Below are positions 25,201-40,200 of a stretch of 64,000 nt of DNA, one piece after another (the first letter of the stretch is position 1; each line of letters opens with the position of its first letter). The notes below the pieces were generated by a model. That model ran no database searches, was not told the DNA's origin, and saw only the letters and a program-made list of their open reading frames with translations. The position numbers and the translations under genes were made by a program. Source of the DNA: Squalus acanthias (taxonomy: Eukaryota); contig JASTWF010001532.1 of assembly GCA_030390025.1 (NCBI GenBank), forward strand, positions 1 through 64,000, read 5' to 3'.

Positions 25201-28200
25201 CTGACTGGTGTCTCAGTCCCCTCTCTCAGGGAGATATCTTTACACTGACTGGTGTCGCTGAGGCCCTCTCCCTCAGGGAGATATCTGTACACTGACTGGT
25301 GTCTCTCAGTCCCTCTCTCTCAGGGAGATATCTGTACACTGACTGGTGTCTCTCAGTCCCTCTCCCTCAAGGAGATATCTGTACACTGACTGGTGTCTCT
25401 CCGTCCCCTCTCTCTCAGGGAGATATCTGTACACTGACTGGTGTCTCTCAGTCCCTCTCTCTCAGCGAGATATCTGTACACTGACTGGTGTCTCTCAGAC
25501 CCTCTCTCTCTCAGGGAGATATCTGTACACTGACTGGTGTCTCTCAGTCGCTCTCCAACATGGAGATATCTGTACACTGACTGGTGTCTCTCAGTCCCTC
25601 TCTCTCAGGGAGATATCTGTACAGTGACTGGTGTCTCTCAGTCCCTCTCTCTCAGGGAGATATCTGTACACTGACTGGTGTCTCTCAGTCCCTCTACTCA
25701 GGGAGATATCTGTACACTGACTGGTGTCTCTCAGTCCCCTCTCCCTCAGGGAGATATCTGTACACTGACTGGTGTCTCTCAGTCCCCTCTCCCTCAGCGA
25801 GATATCTGTACACTGACTGGTGTCTCTCAGTCCCCTCTCCCTCATGGAAATATCTGTACACTGACTGGTGTCTCTCAGTCCCTCTCTCTCAGGGAGATAT
25901 CTGTACACTGACTGGTGTCTCTCAGTCCCCTCTCCCTCAGGGAGATATCTGTACACTGACTGGTGTCTCTCAGTCCCCTCTCTCTCATGGAGATAATCTG
26001 TACAGTGACTGGTGTCCCTCAGTCCCTCTCCCTCATGGAGATATCTGTACAGTAACTGGTGTCTCTCAGTCCCTCTCTCTCAGGAGATATCTGTACCACT
26101 GACTGGTGTCTCTCAGTCCCTCACTCTCAGGGAGATATCTGTACACTGACAGGTGTCTCAGTCCCTCACTCAGAGAGATATCTGTACACTGACTGGTGTC
26201 TCTCAGTCCCCTCTCCCTCAGGGAGATATCTGTACAATGACTGGTGTCTCTCAGTCCCTCTCCCTCAGGGTGATATCTGTACACTGACTGGTGTCACTCA
26301 GTCCCTCTCTCTCAGGGAGATATCTGTACACTGACTGGTGTCTCTCAGTCCCTCTTTCTTGGGGAGATATCTGTACACTGACTGGTGTCTCTCAGTCCCT
26401 CTCCCTCAGGGAGATAATCTGTACACTGACTGGTGTCTCTCAGTCCCTCTCTCTCGGAGATATCTGTACACTGACTGGTGTCTCAGTCCCTCTCTCTCAG
26501 GATGATATCTGTACACTGACTGGTGTCTCTCAGTCCCTCTCCTCAGGGAGATATCTGTACACTGACTGGTGTCCCTCAGTCCCTCTCCCTCAGGGAGATA
26601 TCTGTACACTGACTGGTGTCTCTCAGTCCGCTCTCCCTCAGGGAGATATCAGTACACTGATTGGTGTCTCTCAGTCACTCTCCCTCAGGGAGATATCTGT
26701 ACACTGACTGGTGTCTCTCAGTCCCTCTCTCAGGGAGATATCTGTACACTGACTGGTGTCTCTCAGTTCCTCTCTCTCTCAGGGAGATATCTGTACACTG
26801 ACTGGTGTCTCTCAGTCCCCTCTCTCTCAGGGAGATATCTGTACACTGACTGGTGTCTATCAGTCCCTCTTTCTTGGGGAGATTCTGTACACAGACTGGT
26901 GTCTCAGTCCCCTCTCTCAGGGAGATATCTTTACACTGACTGGTGTCTCTCAGGCCCCCTCTCCTCAGGGAGATATCTGTACACTGACTGGTGTCTCTCA
27001 GTCCCTCTCTCTCAGGGAGATATCTGTACACTGACTGTGTCTCTCAGTCCCCCTCCCTCAAGGAGATATCTGTACACTGACTGGTGTCTCTCCGTCCCCT
27101 CTCTCTCAGGGAGATATCTGTACACTGACTGGTGTCTCTCAGTCCCTCTCTCTCAGGGAGATATCTGTACACTGAATGGTGTCTCTCAGACCCTCTCTCT
27201 CTCAGGGAGATATCTGTACACTGACTGGTGTCTCTCAGTCCCTCTCCAACATGGAGATATCTGTACACTGACTGGTGTCTCTCAGTCCCTCTCTCTCAGG
27301 GAGATATCTGTACACTGACTGGTGTCTCTCAGTCCCTCTCCCTCAGGGAGATATCTGTACACTGACTGGTGTCTCTCAGTCCCCTCTCCCTCAGGGAGAT
27401 ATCTGTACACTGACTGGTGTCTCTCAGTCCCCTCTCTCTCATGGAAATATCTCTACACTGACTGGTGTCTCTCAGTCCCTCTCTCTCAGGGAGATATCTG
27501 TACACTGACTGGTGTCTCTCAGTCCCCTCTCCCTCAGGGAGATATTTGTACACTGACTGGTGTCTCTCAGTCCCCTCTCTCTCATGGAGATATCTGTACA
27601 GAGACTGGTGCCCCTCAGTCCCTCTCCCTCAGGGAGATATCTGTACACTGACTGGTGTCTCTCAGTCCCTCTCTCTCAGGGAGATACCTGTACACTGACT
27701 GGTGTCTCTCAGTCCCCTCTCCCTCAGGGAGATATCTGTACACTGACTGGTGTCTCTCAGTCCCCTCTCTCTCATGGAGATATCTGTACAGTGACTGGTG
27801 TCCCTCAGTCCCTCTCTCTCAGGGAGATATCTGTACACTGACTGGTGTCCCTCAGTCCCTCTCCCTCAGGGAGATATCTGTACACTGACTGGTGTCTCTC
27901 AGTCCCTCTCTCTCAGGGAGATATCTGTACACTGACTGGTGTCTCTCAGTCCCCTCTCTCTCAGGGAGATATCTGTACACTGACTGGTGTCTCTCAGTCC
28001 CTCTCCCTCAGGGAGATATCTGTACACTGACTGGTGTCTCTCAGTCCCTCTCCCTCAGGGAGATATCTGTACACTGACTGGTGTCTCATTCCCTCTCTCT
28101 CAGGGAGATATCTGTACACTGACTGGTGTCTCTCAGTCCCCTCTCCCTCAGGGAGATATCAGTACACTGACTGGTGTCTCTCAGTCACTCTCCCTCAGGG

Positions 28201-31200
28201 AGATATCTGTACACTGACTGGTGTCTCTCAGTCCCCTCTCTCTCAGGATGATATCTGTACACTGACTGGTGTCTCTCAGTCCCTCTCCCTCAGGGAGATA
28301 GCTGTGCACTGACTGGTGTCTCTCAGTCCCCTCTACCTCAGGGAGATATCTGTACACTGACTGGTGTCTCTCAGTCCCTCTCAGGGAGATATCTGTACAC
28401 TGACTGGTGTCTCTCAGTTCCTCTCTCTCTCAGGGAGATATCTGTACACTGACTGGTGACGCTCAGTCCCCTCTCCCTCAGGGTGATATCTGTACACTGA
28501 CTGGTGTCTCTCAGTCCCCCTCTCAGGGAGATATCAGTACACTGATTGGTGTCTCTCAGTCACTCTCCCTCAGGGAGATATCTGACAATGACTGGTGTCT
28601 CTCAGTCCCTCTCTCTCGGAGATATCTGTACACTGACTGGTGTCTCTCAGTCCCTCTCCCTCAGGATGATATCTGTACACTGACTGGTGTCTCTCAGTCC
28701 CTCTCCCTCAGGGAGATATCTGTACACTGACTGGTGTCTCATTCCCTCTCTCTCAGGGAGATATCTGTACACTGACTGGTGTCTCTCAGTCCCCTCTCCC
28801 TCAGGGAGATATCAGTATACTGACTGGTGTCTCTCAGTCACTCTCCCTCAGGGAGATATCTGTACACTGACTGGTGTCGCTCAGTCCCCTCTCCCTCAGG
28901 GTGATATCTGTACACTGACTGGTGTCTCTCAGTCCCTCTCTCTCAGGGAGATATCTGTACACTGACTGGTGTCTCTCAGTCCCCTCTCCCTCAGGGAGAT
29001 ATCTGTACACTGACTGGTGTCTCTCAGTCCCCTCTCCCTCAGGGAGATATCTGTACACTGACTGGTGTCTCTCAGTCCCCTCTCTCTCATGGAAATATCT
29101 GTACACTGACTGGTGTCTCTCAGTCCCTCTCCCTCAGGGAGATATCTGTACACTGACTGGTGTCTCTCAGTCCCCTCTCCCTCAGGGAGATATCTGTACA
29201 CTGACTGGTGTCTCTCACACCCCTCTCTCTCAGGGAGATATCTTTACACTGACTGGTGTCTCTCAGGCCCTCTCCCTCAGGGAGATATCTGTACACTGAC
29301 TGGCGTCTCTCAGTCCCTCTCTCTCAGGGAGATATCTGTACACTGACTGGTGTCTCTCAGTCCCTCTCCCTCAAGGAGATATCTGTACACTGACTGGTGT
29401 CTCTCTGTCCCCTCTCTCTCAGGGAGATATCTGTACACTGACTGGTGTCTCTCAGTCCCTCTTTCTTGGGGTGATATCTGTACACTGACTGGTGTATCTC
29501 AGTCCCTCTCTCGCAGGGAGATATCTGTACACTGACTGGTGTCTCTCAGTCCCCCTCCCTCAAGGAGATATCTGTACACTGACTGGTGTCTCTCCGTCCC
29601 CTCTCTCTCAGGGAGATATCTGTACACTGACTGGTGTCTCTCAGTCCCTCTCTCTCAGGGAGATATCTGTACACTGACTGGTGTCTCTCAGACCCTCTCT
29701 CTCTCAGGGAGATATCTGTACACTGACTGGTGTCTCTCAGTCCCTCTCCAACATGGAGATATCTGTACACTGACTGGTGTCTCTCAGTCCCCTCTCCCTC
29801 AGGGAGATATCTGTACACTGACTGGTGTCTCTCAGTCCCCTCTCCCTCAGGGAGATATCTGTACACTGACTGGTGTCTCTCAGTCCCCTCTCCCTCAGGG
29901 AGATATCTGTACACTGACTGGTGTCTCTCAGTCCCCTCTCTCTCAGGGAGATATCTGTACACTGACTGGTGTCTCTCAGTCCCTCTTTCTTGGGGAGATA
30001 TCTGTACACTGACTGGTGTCTCAGTCCCCTCTCTCAGGGAGATATCTTTACACTGACTGGTGTCGCTGAGGCCCTCTCCCTCAGGGAGATATCTGTACAC
30101 TGACTGGTGTCTCTCAGTCCCTCTCTCTCAGGGAGATATCTGTACACTGACTGGTGTCTCTCAGTCCCTCTCCCTCAAGGAGATATCTGTACACTGACTG
30201 GTGTCTCTCCGTCCCCTCTCTCTCAGGGAGATATCTGTACACTGACTGGTGTCTCTCAGTCCCTCTCTCTCAGCGAGATATCTGTACACTGACTGGTGTC
30301 TCTCAGACCCTCTCTCTCTCAGGGAGATATCTGTACACTGACTGGTGTCTCTCAGTCGCTCTCCAACATGGAGATATCTGTACACTGACTGGTGTCTCTC
30401 AGTCCCTCTCTCTCAGGGAGATATCTGTACAGTGACTGGTGTCTCTCAGTCCCTCTCTCTCAGGGAGATATCTGTACACTGACTGGTGTCTCTCAGTCCC
30501 TCTACCTCAGGGAGATATCTGTACACTGACTGGTGTCTCTCAGTCCCCTCTCCCTCAGGGAGATATCTGTACACTGACTGGTGTCTCTCAGTCCCCTCTC
30601 CCTCAGGGAGATATCTGTACACTGACTGGTGTCTCTCAGTCCCCTCTCCCTCATGGAAATATCTGTACACTGACTGGTGTCTCTCAGTCCCTCTCTCTCA
30701 GGGAGATATCTGTACACTGACTGGTGTCTCTCAGTCCCCTCTCCCTCAGGGAGATATCTGTACACTGACTGGTGTCTCTCAGTCCCCTCTCTCTCATGGA
30801 GATATCTGTACAGTGACTGGTGTCCCTCAGTCCCTCTCCCTCATGGAGATATCTGTACAGTAACTGGTGTCTCTCAGTCCCTCTCTCTCAGGGAGATATC
30901 TGTACACTGACTGGTGTCTCTCAGTCCCTCACTCTCAGGGAGATATCTGTACACTGACCGGTGTCTCAGTCCCCTCACTCAGAGAGATATCTGTACACTG
31001 ACTGGTGTCTCTCAGTCCCTCTCCCTCAGGGAGATATCTGTACAATGACTGGTGTCTCTCAGTCCCTCTCCCTCAGGGTGATATCTGTACACTGACTGGT
31101 GTCACTCAGTCCCTCTCTCTCAGGGAGATATCTGTACACTGACTGGTGTCTCTCAGTCCCTCTTTCTTGGGGAGATATCTGTACACTGACTGGTGTCTCT

Positions 31201-34200
31201 CAGTCCCTCTCCCTCAGGGAGATATCTGTACACTGACTGGTGTCTCTCAGTCCCTCTCTCTCGGAGATATCTGTACACTGACTGGTGTCTCAGTCCCTCT
31301 CTCTCAGGATGATATCTGTACACTGACTGGTGTCTCTCAGTCCCTCTCCCTCAGGGAGATATCTGTACACTGACTGGTGTCCCTCAGTCCCTCTCCCTCA
31401 GGGAGATATCTGTACACTGACTGGTGTCTCTCAGTCCGCTCTCCCTCAGGGAGATATCAGTACACTGATTGGTGTCTCTCAGTCACTCTCCCTCAGGGAG
31501 ATATCTGTACACTGACTGGTGTCTCTCAGTCCCTCTCTCAGGGAGATATCTGTACACTGACTGGTGTCTCTCAGTTCCTCTCTCTCTCAGGGAGATATCT
31601 GTACACTGACTGGTGTCTCTCAGTCCCCTCTCTCTCAGGGAGATATCTGTACACTGACTGGTGTCTCTCAGTCCCTCTTTCTTGGGGAGATATCTGTACA
31701 CAGACTGGTGTCTCAGTCCCCTCTCTCAGGGAGATATCTTTACACTGACTGGTGTCTCTCAGGCCCTCTCCCTCAGGGAGATATCTGTACACTGACTGGT
31801 GTCTCTCAGTCCCTCTCTCTCAGGGAGATATCTGTACACTGACTGGTGTCTCTCAGTCCCCCTCCCTCAAGGAGATATCTGTACACTGACTGGTGTCTCT
31901 CCGTCCCCTCTCTCTCAGGGAGATATCTGTACACTGACTGGTGTCTCTCAGTCCCTCTCTCTCAGGGAGATATCTGTACACTGACTGGTGTCTCTCAGAC
32001 CCTCTCTCTCTCAGGGAGATATCTGTACACTGACTGGTGTCTCTCAGTCCCTCTCCAACATGGAGATATCTGTACACTGACTGGTGTCTCTCAGTCCCTC
32101 TCTCTCAGGGAGATATCTGTACAGTGACTGGTGTCTCTCAGTCCCTCTCTCTCAGGGAGATATCTGTACACTGACTGGTGTCTCTCAGTCCCTCTCCCTC
32201 AGGGAGATATCTGTACACTGACTGGTGTCTCTCAGTCCCCTCTCCCTCAGGGAGATATCTGTACACTGACTGGTGTCTCTCAGTCCCTCTCCCTCAGGGA
32301 GATATCTGTACACTGACTGGTGTCTCTCAGTCCCTCTCTCTCAGGGAGATATCTGTACACTGACTGGTGTCTCTCAGTCCCTCTCTCTCATGGAAATATC
32401 TCTACACTGACTGGTGTCTCTCAGTCCCTCTCTCTCAGGGAGATATCTGTACACTGACTGGTGTCTCTCAGTCCCCTCTCCCTCAGGGAGATATTTGTAC
32501 ACTGACTGGTGTCTCTCAGTCCCCTCTCTCTCATGGAGATATCTGTACAGAGACTGGTGTCCCTCAGTCCCTCTCCCTCAGGGAGATATCTGTACACTGA
32601 CTGGTGTCTCTCAGTCCCTCTCTCTCAGGGAGATACCTGTACACTGACTGGTGTCTCTCAGTCCCCTCTCCCTCAGGGAGATATCTGTACACTGACTGGT
32701 GTCTCTCAGTCCCCTCTCTCTCATGGAGATATCTGTACAGTGACTGGTGTCCCTCAGTCCCTCTCTCTCAGGGAGATATCTGTACACTGACTGGTGTCCC
32801 TCAGTCCCTCTCCCTCAGGGAGATATCTGTACACTGACTGGTGTCTCTCAGTCCCTCTCTCTCAGGGAGATATCTGTACACTGACTGGTGTCTCTCAGTC
32901 CCTCTCTCTCAGGGAGATATCTGTACACTGACTGGTGTCTCTCAGTCCCTCTCCCTCAGGGAGATATCTGTACACTGACTGGTGTCTCTCAGTCCCTCTC
33001 CCTCAGGGAGATATCTGTACACTGACTGGTGTCTCATTCCCTCTCTCTCAGGGAGATATCTGTACACTGACTGGTGTCTCTCAGTCCCCTCTCCCTCAGG
33101 GAGATATCAGTACACTGACTGGTGTCTCTCAGTCACTCTCCCTCAGGGAGATATCTGTACACTGACTGGTGTCTCTCAGTCCCTCTCTCTCAGGATGATA
33201 TCTGTACACTGACTGGTGTCTCTCAGTCCCTCTCCCTCAGGAGATAGCTGTGCACTGACTGGTGTCTCTCAGTCCCCTCTACCTCAGGGAGATATCTGTA
33301 CACTGACTGGTGTCTCTCAGTCCCTCTCAGGGAGATATCTGTACACTGACTGGTGTCTCTCAGTTCCTCTCTCTCTCAGGGAGATATCTGTACACTGACT
33401 GGTGACGCTCAGTCCCCTCTCCCTCAGGGTGATATCTGTACACTGACTGGTGTCTCTCAGTCCCCCTCTCAGGGAGATATCAGTACACTGATTGGTGTCT
33501 CTCAGTCACTCTCCCTCAGGGAGATATCTGACAATGACTGGTGTCTCTCAGTCCCTCTCTCTCGGAGATATCTGTACACTGACTGGTGTCTCTCAGTCCC
33601 TCTCCCTCAGGATGATATCTGTACACTGACTGGTGTCTCTCAGTCCCTCTCCCTCAGGGAGATATCTGTACACTGACTGGTGTCTCATTCCCTCTCTCTC
33701 AGGGAGATATCTGTACACTGACTGGTGTCTCTCAGTCCCCTCTCCCTCAGGGAGATATCAGTATACTGACTGGTGTCTCTCAGTCACTCTCCCTCAGGGA
33801 GATATCTGTACACTGACTGGTGTCGCTCAGTCCCCTCTCCCTCAGGGTGATATCTGTACACTGACTGGTGTCTCTCAGTCCCTCTCTCTCAGGGAGATAT
33901 CTGTACACTGACTGGTGTCTCTCAGTCCCCTCTCCCTCAGGGAGATATCTGTACACTGACTGGTGTCTCTCAGTCCCCTCTCCCTCAGGGAGATATCTGT
34001 ACACTGACTGGTGTCTCTCAGTCCCCTCTCTCTCATGGAAATATCTGTACACTGACTGGTGTCTCTCAGTCCCTCTCCCTCAGGGAGATATCTGTACACT
34101 GACTGGTGTCTCTCAGTCCCCTCTCCCTCAGGGAGATATCTGTACACTGACTGGTGTCTCTCACACCCCTCTCTCTCATGGAGATATCTGTACAGTGACT

Positions 34201-37200
34201 GGTGTCCCTCAGTCCCTCTCCCTCAGGGAGATATCTGTACACTGACTGGTGTCTCATTCCCTCTCTCTCAGGGAGATATCTGTACACTGACTGGTGTCTC
34301 TCAGACCCTCTCTCTCAGGGAGATATCTGTACACTGACTGGTGTCTCTCAGTCCCTCACTCTCAGGGAGATATCTGTACACTGACCGGTGTCTCAGTCCC
34401 TCACTCAGAGAGATATCTGTACACTGACTGGTGTCTCTCAGTCCCCTCTCCCTCAGGGAGATATCTGTACAATGACTGGTGTCTCTCAGTCCCTCTCCCT
34501 CAGGGAGATATCTGTACACTGACTGGTGTCTCTCAGTCCCCTCTCCCTCAGGGAGATATCTGTACACTGACTGGTGTCTCTCAGTCCCTCTCCCTCAGGG
34601 AGATATCTGTACACTGACTGGTGTCTCTCAGTCCCTCTCTCTCAGGGAGATATCTGTACACTGACTGGTGTCTCTCAGTCCCTCTCTCTCATGGAAATAT
34701 CTCTACACTGACTGGTGTCTCTCAGTCCCTCTCTCTCAGGGAGATATCTGTACACTGACTGGTGTCTCTCAGTCCCCTCTCCCTCAGGGAGATATTTGTA
34801 CACTGACTGGTGTCTCTCAGTCCCCTCTCTCTCATGGAGATATCTGTACAGAGACTGGTGTCCCTCAGTCCCTCTCCCTCAGGGAGATATCTGTACACTG
34901 ACTGGTGTCTCTCAGTCCCTCTCTCTCAGGGAGATACCTGTACACTGACTGGTGTCTCTCAGTCCCCTCTCCCTCAGGGAGATATCTGTACACTGACTGG
35001 TGTCTCTCAGTCCCCTCTCTCTCATGGAGATATCTGTACAGTGACTGGTGTCCCTCAGTCCCTCTCTCTCAGGGAGATATCTGTACACTGACTGGTGTCC
35101 CTCAGTCCCTCTCCCTCAGGGAGATATCTGTACACTGACTGGTGTCTCTCAGTCCCTCTCTCTCAGGGAGATATCTGTACACTGACTGGTGTCTCTCAGT
35201 CCCTCTCTCTCAGGGAGATATCTGTACACTGACTGGTGTCTCTCAGTCCCTCTCCCTCAGGGAGATATCTGTACACTGACTGGTGTCTCTCAGTCCCTCT
35301 CTCTCAGGGAGATATCTGTACACTGACTGGTGTCTCTCAGTCCCTCTCTCTCATGGAAATATCTCTACACTGACTGGTGTCTCTCAGTCCCTCTCTCTCA
35401 GGGAGATATCTGTACACTGACTGGTGTCTCTCAGTCCCCTCTCCCTCAGGGAGATATTTGTACACTGACTGGTGTCTCTCAGTCCCCTCTCTCTCATGGA
35501 GATATCTGTACAGAGACTGGTGTCCCTCAGTCCCTCTCCCTCAGGGAGATATCTGTACACTGACTGGTGTCTCTCAGTCCCTCTCTCTCAGGGAGATACC
35601 TGTACACTGACTGGTGTCTCTCAGTCCCCTCTCCCTCAGGGAGATATCTGTACACTGACTGGTGTCTCTCAGTCCCCTCTCTCTCATGGAGATATCTGTA
35701 CAGTGACTGGTGTCCCTCAGTCCCTCTCTCTCAGGGAGATATCTGTACACTGACTGGTGTCCCTCAGTCCCTCTCCCTCAGGGAGATATCTGTACACTGA
35801 CTGGTGTCTCTCAGTCCCTCTCTCTCAGGGAGATATCTGTACACTGACTGGTGTCTCTCAGTCCCTCTCTCTCAGGGAGATATCTGTACACTGACTGGTG
35901 TCTCTCAGTCCCTCTCCCTCAGGGAGATATCTGTACACTGACTGGTGTCTCTCAGTCCCTCTCCCTCAGGGAGATATCTGTACACTGACTGGTGTCTCAT
36001 TCCCTCTCTCTCAGGGAGATATCTGTACACTGACTGGTGTCTCTCAGTCCCCTCTCCCTCAGGGAGATATCAGTACACTGACTGGTGTCTCTCAGTCACT
36101 CTCCCTCAGGGAGATATCTGTACACTGACTGGTGTCTCTCAGTCCCTCTCTCTCAGGATGATATCTGTACACTGACTGGTGTCTCTCAGTCCCTCTCCCT
36201 CAGGGAGATAGCTGTGCACTGACTGGTGTCTCTCAGTCCCCTCTACCTCAGGGAGATATCTGTACACTGACTGGTGTCTCTCAGTCCCTCTCAGGGAGAT
36301 ATCTGTACACTGACTGGTGTCTCTCAGTTCCTCTCTCTCTCAGGGAGATATCTGTACACTGACTGGTGACGCTCAGTCCCCTCTCCCTCAGGGTGATATC
36401 TGTACACTGACTGGTGTCTCTCAGTCCCCCTCTCAGGGAGATATCAGTACACTGATTGGTGTCTCTCAGTCACTCTCCCTCAGGGAGATATCTGACAATG
36501 ACTGGTGTCTCTCAGTCCCTCTCTCTCGGAGATATCTGTACACTGACTGGTGTCTCTCAGTCCCTCTCCCTCAGGATGATATCTGTACACTGACTGGTGT
36601 CTCTCAGTCCCTCTCCCTCAGGGAGATATCTGTACACTGACTGGTGTCTCATTCCCTCTCTCTCAGGGAGATATCTGTACACTGACTGGTGTCTCTCAGT
36701 CCCCTCTCCCTCAGGGAGATATCAGTATACTGACTGGTGTCTCTCAGTCACTCTCCCTCAGGGAGATATCTGTACACTGACTGGTGTCGCTCAGTCCCCT
36801 CTCCCTCAGGGTGATATCTGTACACTGACTGGTGTCTCTCAGTCCCTCTCTCTCAGGGAGATATCTGTACACTGACTGGTGTCTCTCAGTCCCCTCTCCC
36901 TCAGGGAGATATCTGTACACTGACTGGTGTCTCTCAGTCCCCTCTCCCTCAGGGAGATATCTGTACACTGACTGGTGTCTCTCAGTCCCCTCTCTCTCAT
37001 GGAAATATCTGTACACTGACTGGTGTCTCTCAGTCCCTCTCCCTCAGGGAGATATCTGTACACTGACTGGTGTCTCTCAGTCCCCTCTCCCTCAGGGAGA
37101 TATCTGTACACTGACTGGTGTCTCTCACACCCCTCTCTCTCATGGAGATATCTGTACAGTGACTGGTGTCCCTCAGTCCCTCTCCCTCAGGGAGATATCT

Positions 37201-40200
37201 GTACACTGACTGGTGTCTCATTCCCTCTCTCTCAGGGAGATATCTGTACACTGACTGGTGTCTCTCAGTCCCCCTCTCAGGGAGATATCAGTACACTGAT
37301 TGGTGTCTCTCAGTCACTCTCCCTCAGGGAGATATCTGTACACTGTCTGGTGTCTCTCAGTCCCTCTCTCTCAGGATGATATCTGTACACTGACTGGTGT
37401 CTCTCAGTCCCTCTCCCTCAGGGAGATAGCTGTGCACTGACTGGTGTCTCTCAGTCCCCTCTACCTCAGGGAGATATCTGTACACTGACTGGTGTCTCTC
37501 AGTCCCTCTCAGGGAGATATCTGTACACTGACTGGTGTCTCTCAGTTCCTCTCTCTCTCAGGGAGATATCTGTACACTGACTGGTGTCGCTCAGTCCCCT
37601 CTCCCTCAGGGTGATATCTGTACACTGACTGGTGTCTCTCAGTCCCCCTCTCAGGGAGATATCAGTACACTGATTGGTGTCTCTCAGTCACTCTCCCTCA
37701 GGGAGATATCTGTACACTGACTGGTGTCTCTCAGTCCCTTTCTCTCGGAGATATCTGTACACTGACTGGTGTCTCTCAGTCCCTCTCTCTCAGGATGATA
37801 TCTGTACGCTGACTGGTGTCTCTCGGTCCCTCTCCCTCAGGGAGATAGCTGTGCACTGACTGGTGTCTCTCAGTCCCCTCTACCTCAGGGAGATATCTGT
37901 ACACTGACTGGTGTCTCTCAGTCCCCTCTCCCTCAGGGAGATATCTGCACACTGACTGGTGTCTCTCAGTCCCCTCTCCCTCAGGGAGATATCTGTACAC
38001 TGACTGGTGTCTCTCAGTCCCCTCTCTCTCATGGAAATATCTGTACACTGACTGGTGTCTCTCAGTCCCTCTCCCTCAGGGAGATATCTGTACACTGACT
38101 GGTGTCTCTCAGTCCCCTCTCCCGCAGGGAGATATCTGTACACTGACTGGTGTCTCTCACACCCCTCTCTCTCATGGAGATATCTGTACAGTGACTGGTG
38201 TCCCTCAGTCCCTCTCCCTCAGGGAGATATCTGTACACTGACTGGTGTCTCTCAGTCCCTCTCCCTCAGGGACATATCTGTACACTGACTGGTGTCACTC
38301 AGACCCTCTCCCTCAGGGAGATATCAGTACACTGACTGGTGTCTCTCAGTCCCTCTCTCTCAGGGAGATATCTGTACACTGATTTGTGTCTCTCAGTCCC
38401 CTCTCTCTCAGGGAGATATCTGTACAGTGACTGGAGTCTCTCAGTCCCTCTCTCTCAGGGAGATAACTGTACACTGACTGGTGTCTCTCAGTCCCCTCTC
38501 CCTCAGGGAGATATCTGTACACTGACTGGTGTCTCTCAGTCCCCTCTCCCTCAGGGAGATATCTGTACACTGACTGGTGTCTCTCAGTCCCCTCTCCCTC
38601 AGGGAGATATCTGTACACTGACTGGTGTCTCTCAGTCCCCTCTCCCTCAGGGAGATATCTGTACACTGACTGGTGTCTCTCAGTCCCCTCTCCCTCAGGG
38701 AGATATCTGTACACTGACTGTTGTCTCTCAGTCCCCTCTCTCTCATGGAAATATCTGTACACTGACTGGTGTCTCTCAGTCCCTCTCTCAGGGAGATATC
38801 TGTACACTGACTGGTCTCTCTCAGTCCCTCTCTCTCAGGGAGATATCTGTATACTGACTGGTGTCCCTCAGTCCCTCTCCCTCAGGGAGATATCTGTACA
38901 CTGACTGGTGTCTCTCAGTCCCCTCTCCCCCGGGGAGATATCTGTACAGTGACTGGTGTCTCTCAGTCCCTCTCTCTCAGGGAGATATCTGTACACTGAC
39001 TGGTGTCTCTCAGTCCCTCTCCCTCAGGGAGATATCTGTACACTGACTGGTGTCTCTCAGTCCCTCTCTCTCAGGGAGATATCTGTACACTGACTGGTGT
39101 CTCTCAGTCCCCTCTCCCTCAGGGAGATATCTGTACACTGACTGGTGTCTCTCAGTCCCCTCTCTCTCAGGGAGATATCTGTACACTGACTGGTGTCTCT
39201 CAGTCCCCTCTCCCCCGGGGAGATATTTGTACACCGATTGTTCTGTCCTACGCACCCATTACTTCGACCAGGATAGTCTGTTGGGCGTGACCACGGGAAC
39301 CTTGGACGATGCAGATGTATGTCCCCTCATCCCGCAGTGCGAAATGGTCGAGACGCAGAGCAGCCTTGCCCTCCGCCTGCACCTTCTCCACCTCCATCGT
39401 CGCTCCGTCCCTCTCGGCAGCCCCCTCGCCCCCTGCCAGGAAGTAGACCCTCCGGCCGCTGCCTTTGTGCTGTAACCTCCACTCTACCGAGATTCCAGAG
39501 GTATCTCCTCCGGTGAAGCCACAGTCCAGGAAGACACTCTGTCCCAGAGTGGTCCGAATGGTGGGCGTGCGGGTGTAGACCAGGAAATCCACTGGGGAAT
39601 GACACAGGAATGGCAGAGATCAATCCCAAAGGACACAACCCCTTCCCATTCACTCCCACTGTACACAATCCCAATGGACCCAAACCCCTTCCCATTCACT
39701 CCCACTGTACACAATCCCAATGGACCCAAACCCCTTCCCATTCACTCCCACTGTACACAATCCCAATGGACCCAATCCCCTTCCCATTCACTCCCACTGT
39801 TCACAATCCCAATGGACCCAAACCCCTTCCCATTCACTCCCACTGTACACAATCCCAATGGACCCAAACCCCTTTCCATTCACTCCCACTGTACACAATC
39901 CCAATGGACCCAAACCCCTTTCCATTCACTCCCACTGTACACAATCCCAATGGACCCAAACCCCTTCCCATTCACTCCCACTGTACACAATCCCAATGGA
40001 CCCAAACCCCTTCCCATTCACTCCCACTGTACACAATCCCAATGGACCCAAACCCCTTCCCATTCACTCCCACTGTACACAATCCCAATGGACCAAACCC
40101 CTTCCCATTCACTCCCACTGTACATAATCCCAATGGACCCAAACCCCTTCCCATTCACTCCCACTGTTCACAATCCCAATGGACCCAAACCCCTTCCCAT

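Noticed and set aside
20249-39235. CRISPR-like look of a constant core with short variable segments
   Set aside because: Variable parts are slippage variants of one CT-rich stretch, not unique spacers; no cas genes; eukaryotic intron.
20284-39290. Well over a hundred short ORFs (YLYTDWCLSV, GDICTLTGVSQ)
   Set aside because: Translations of the 47-bp intronic satellite.
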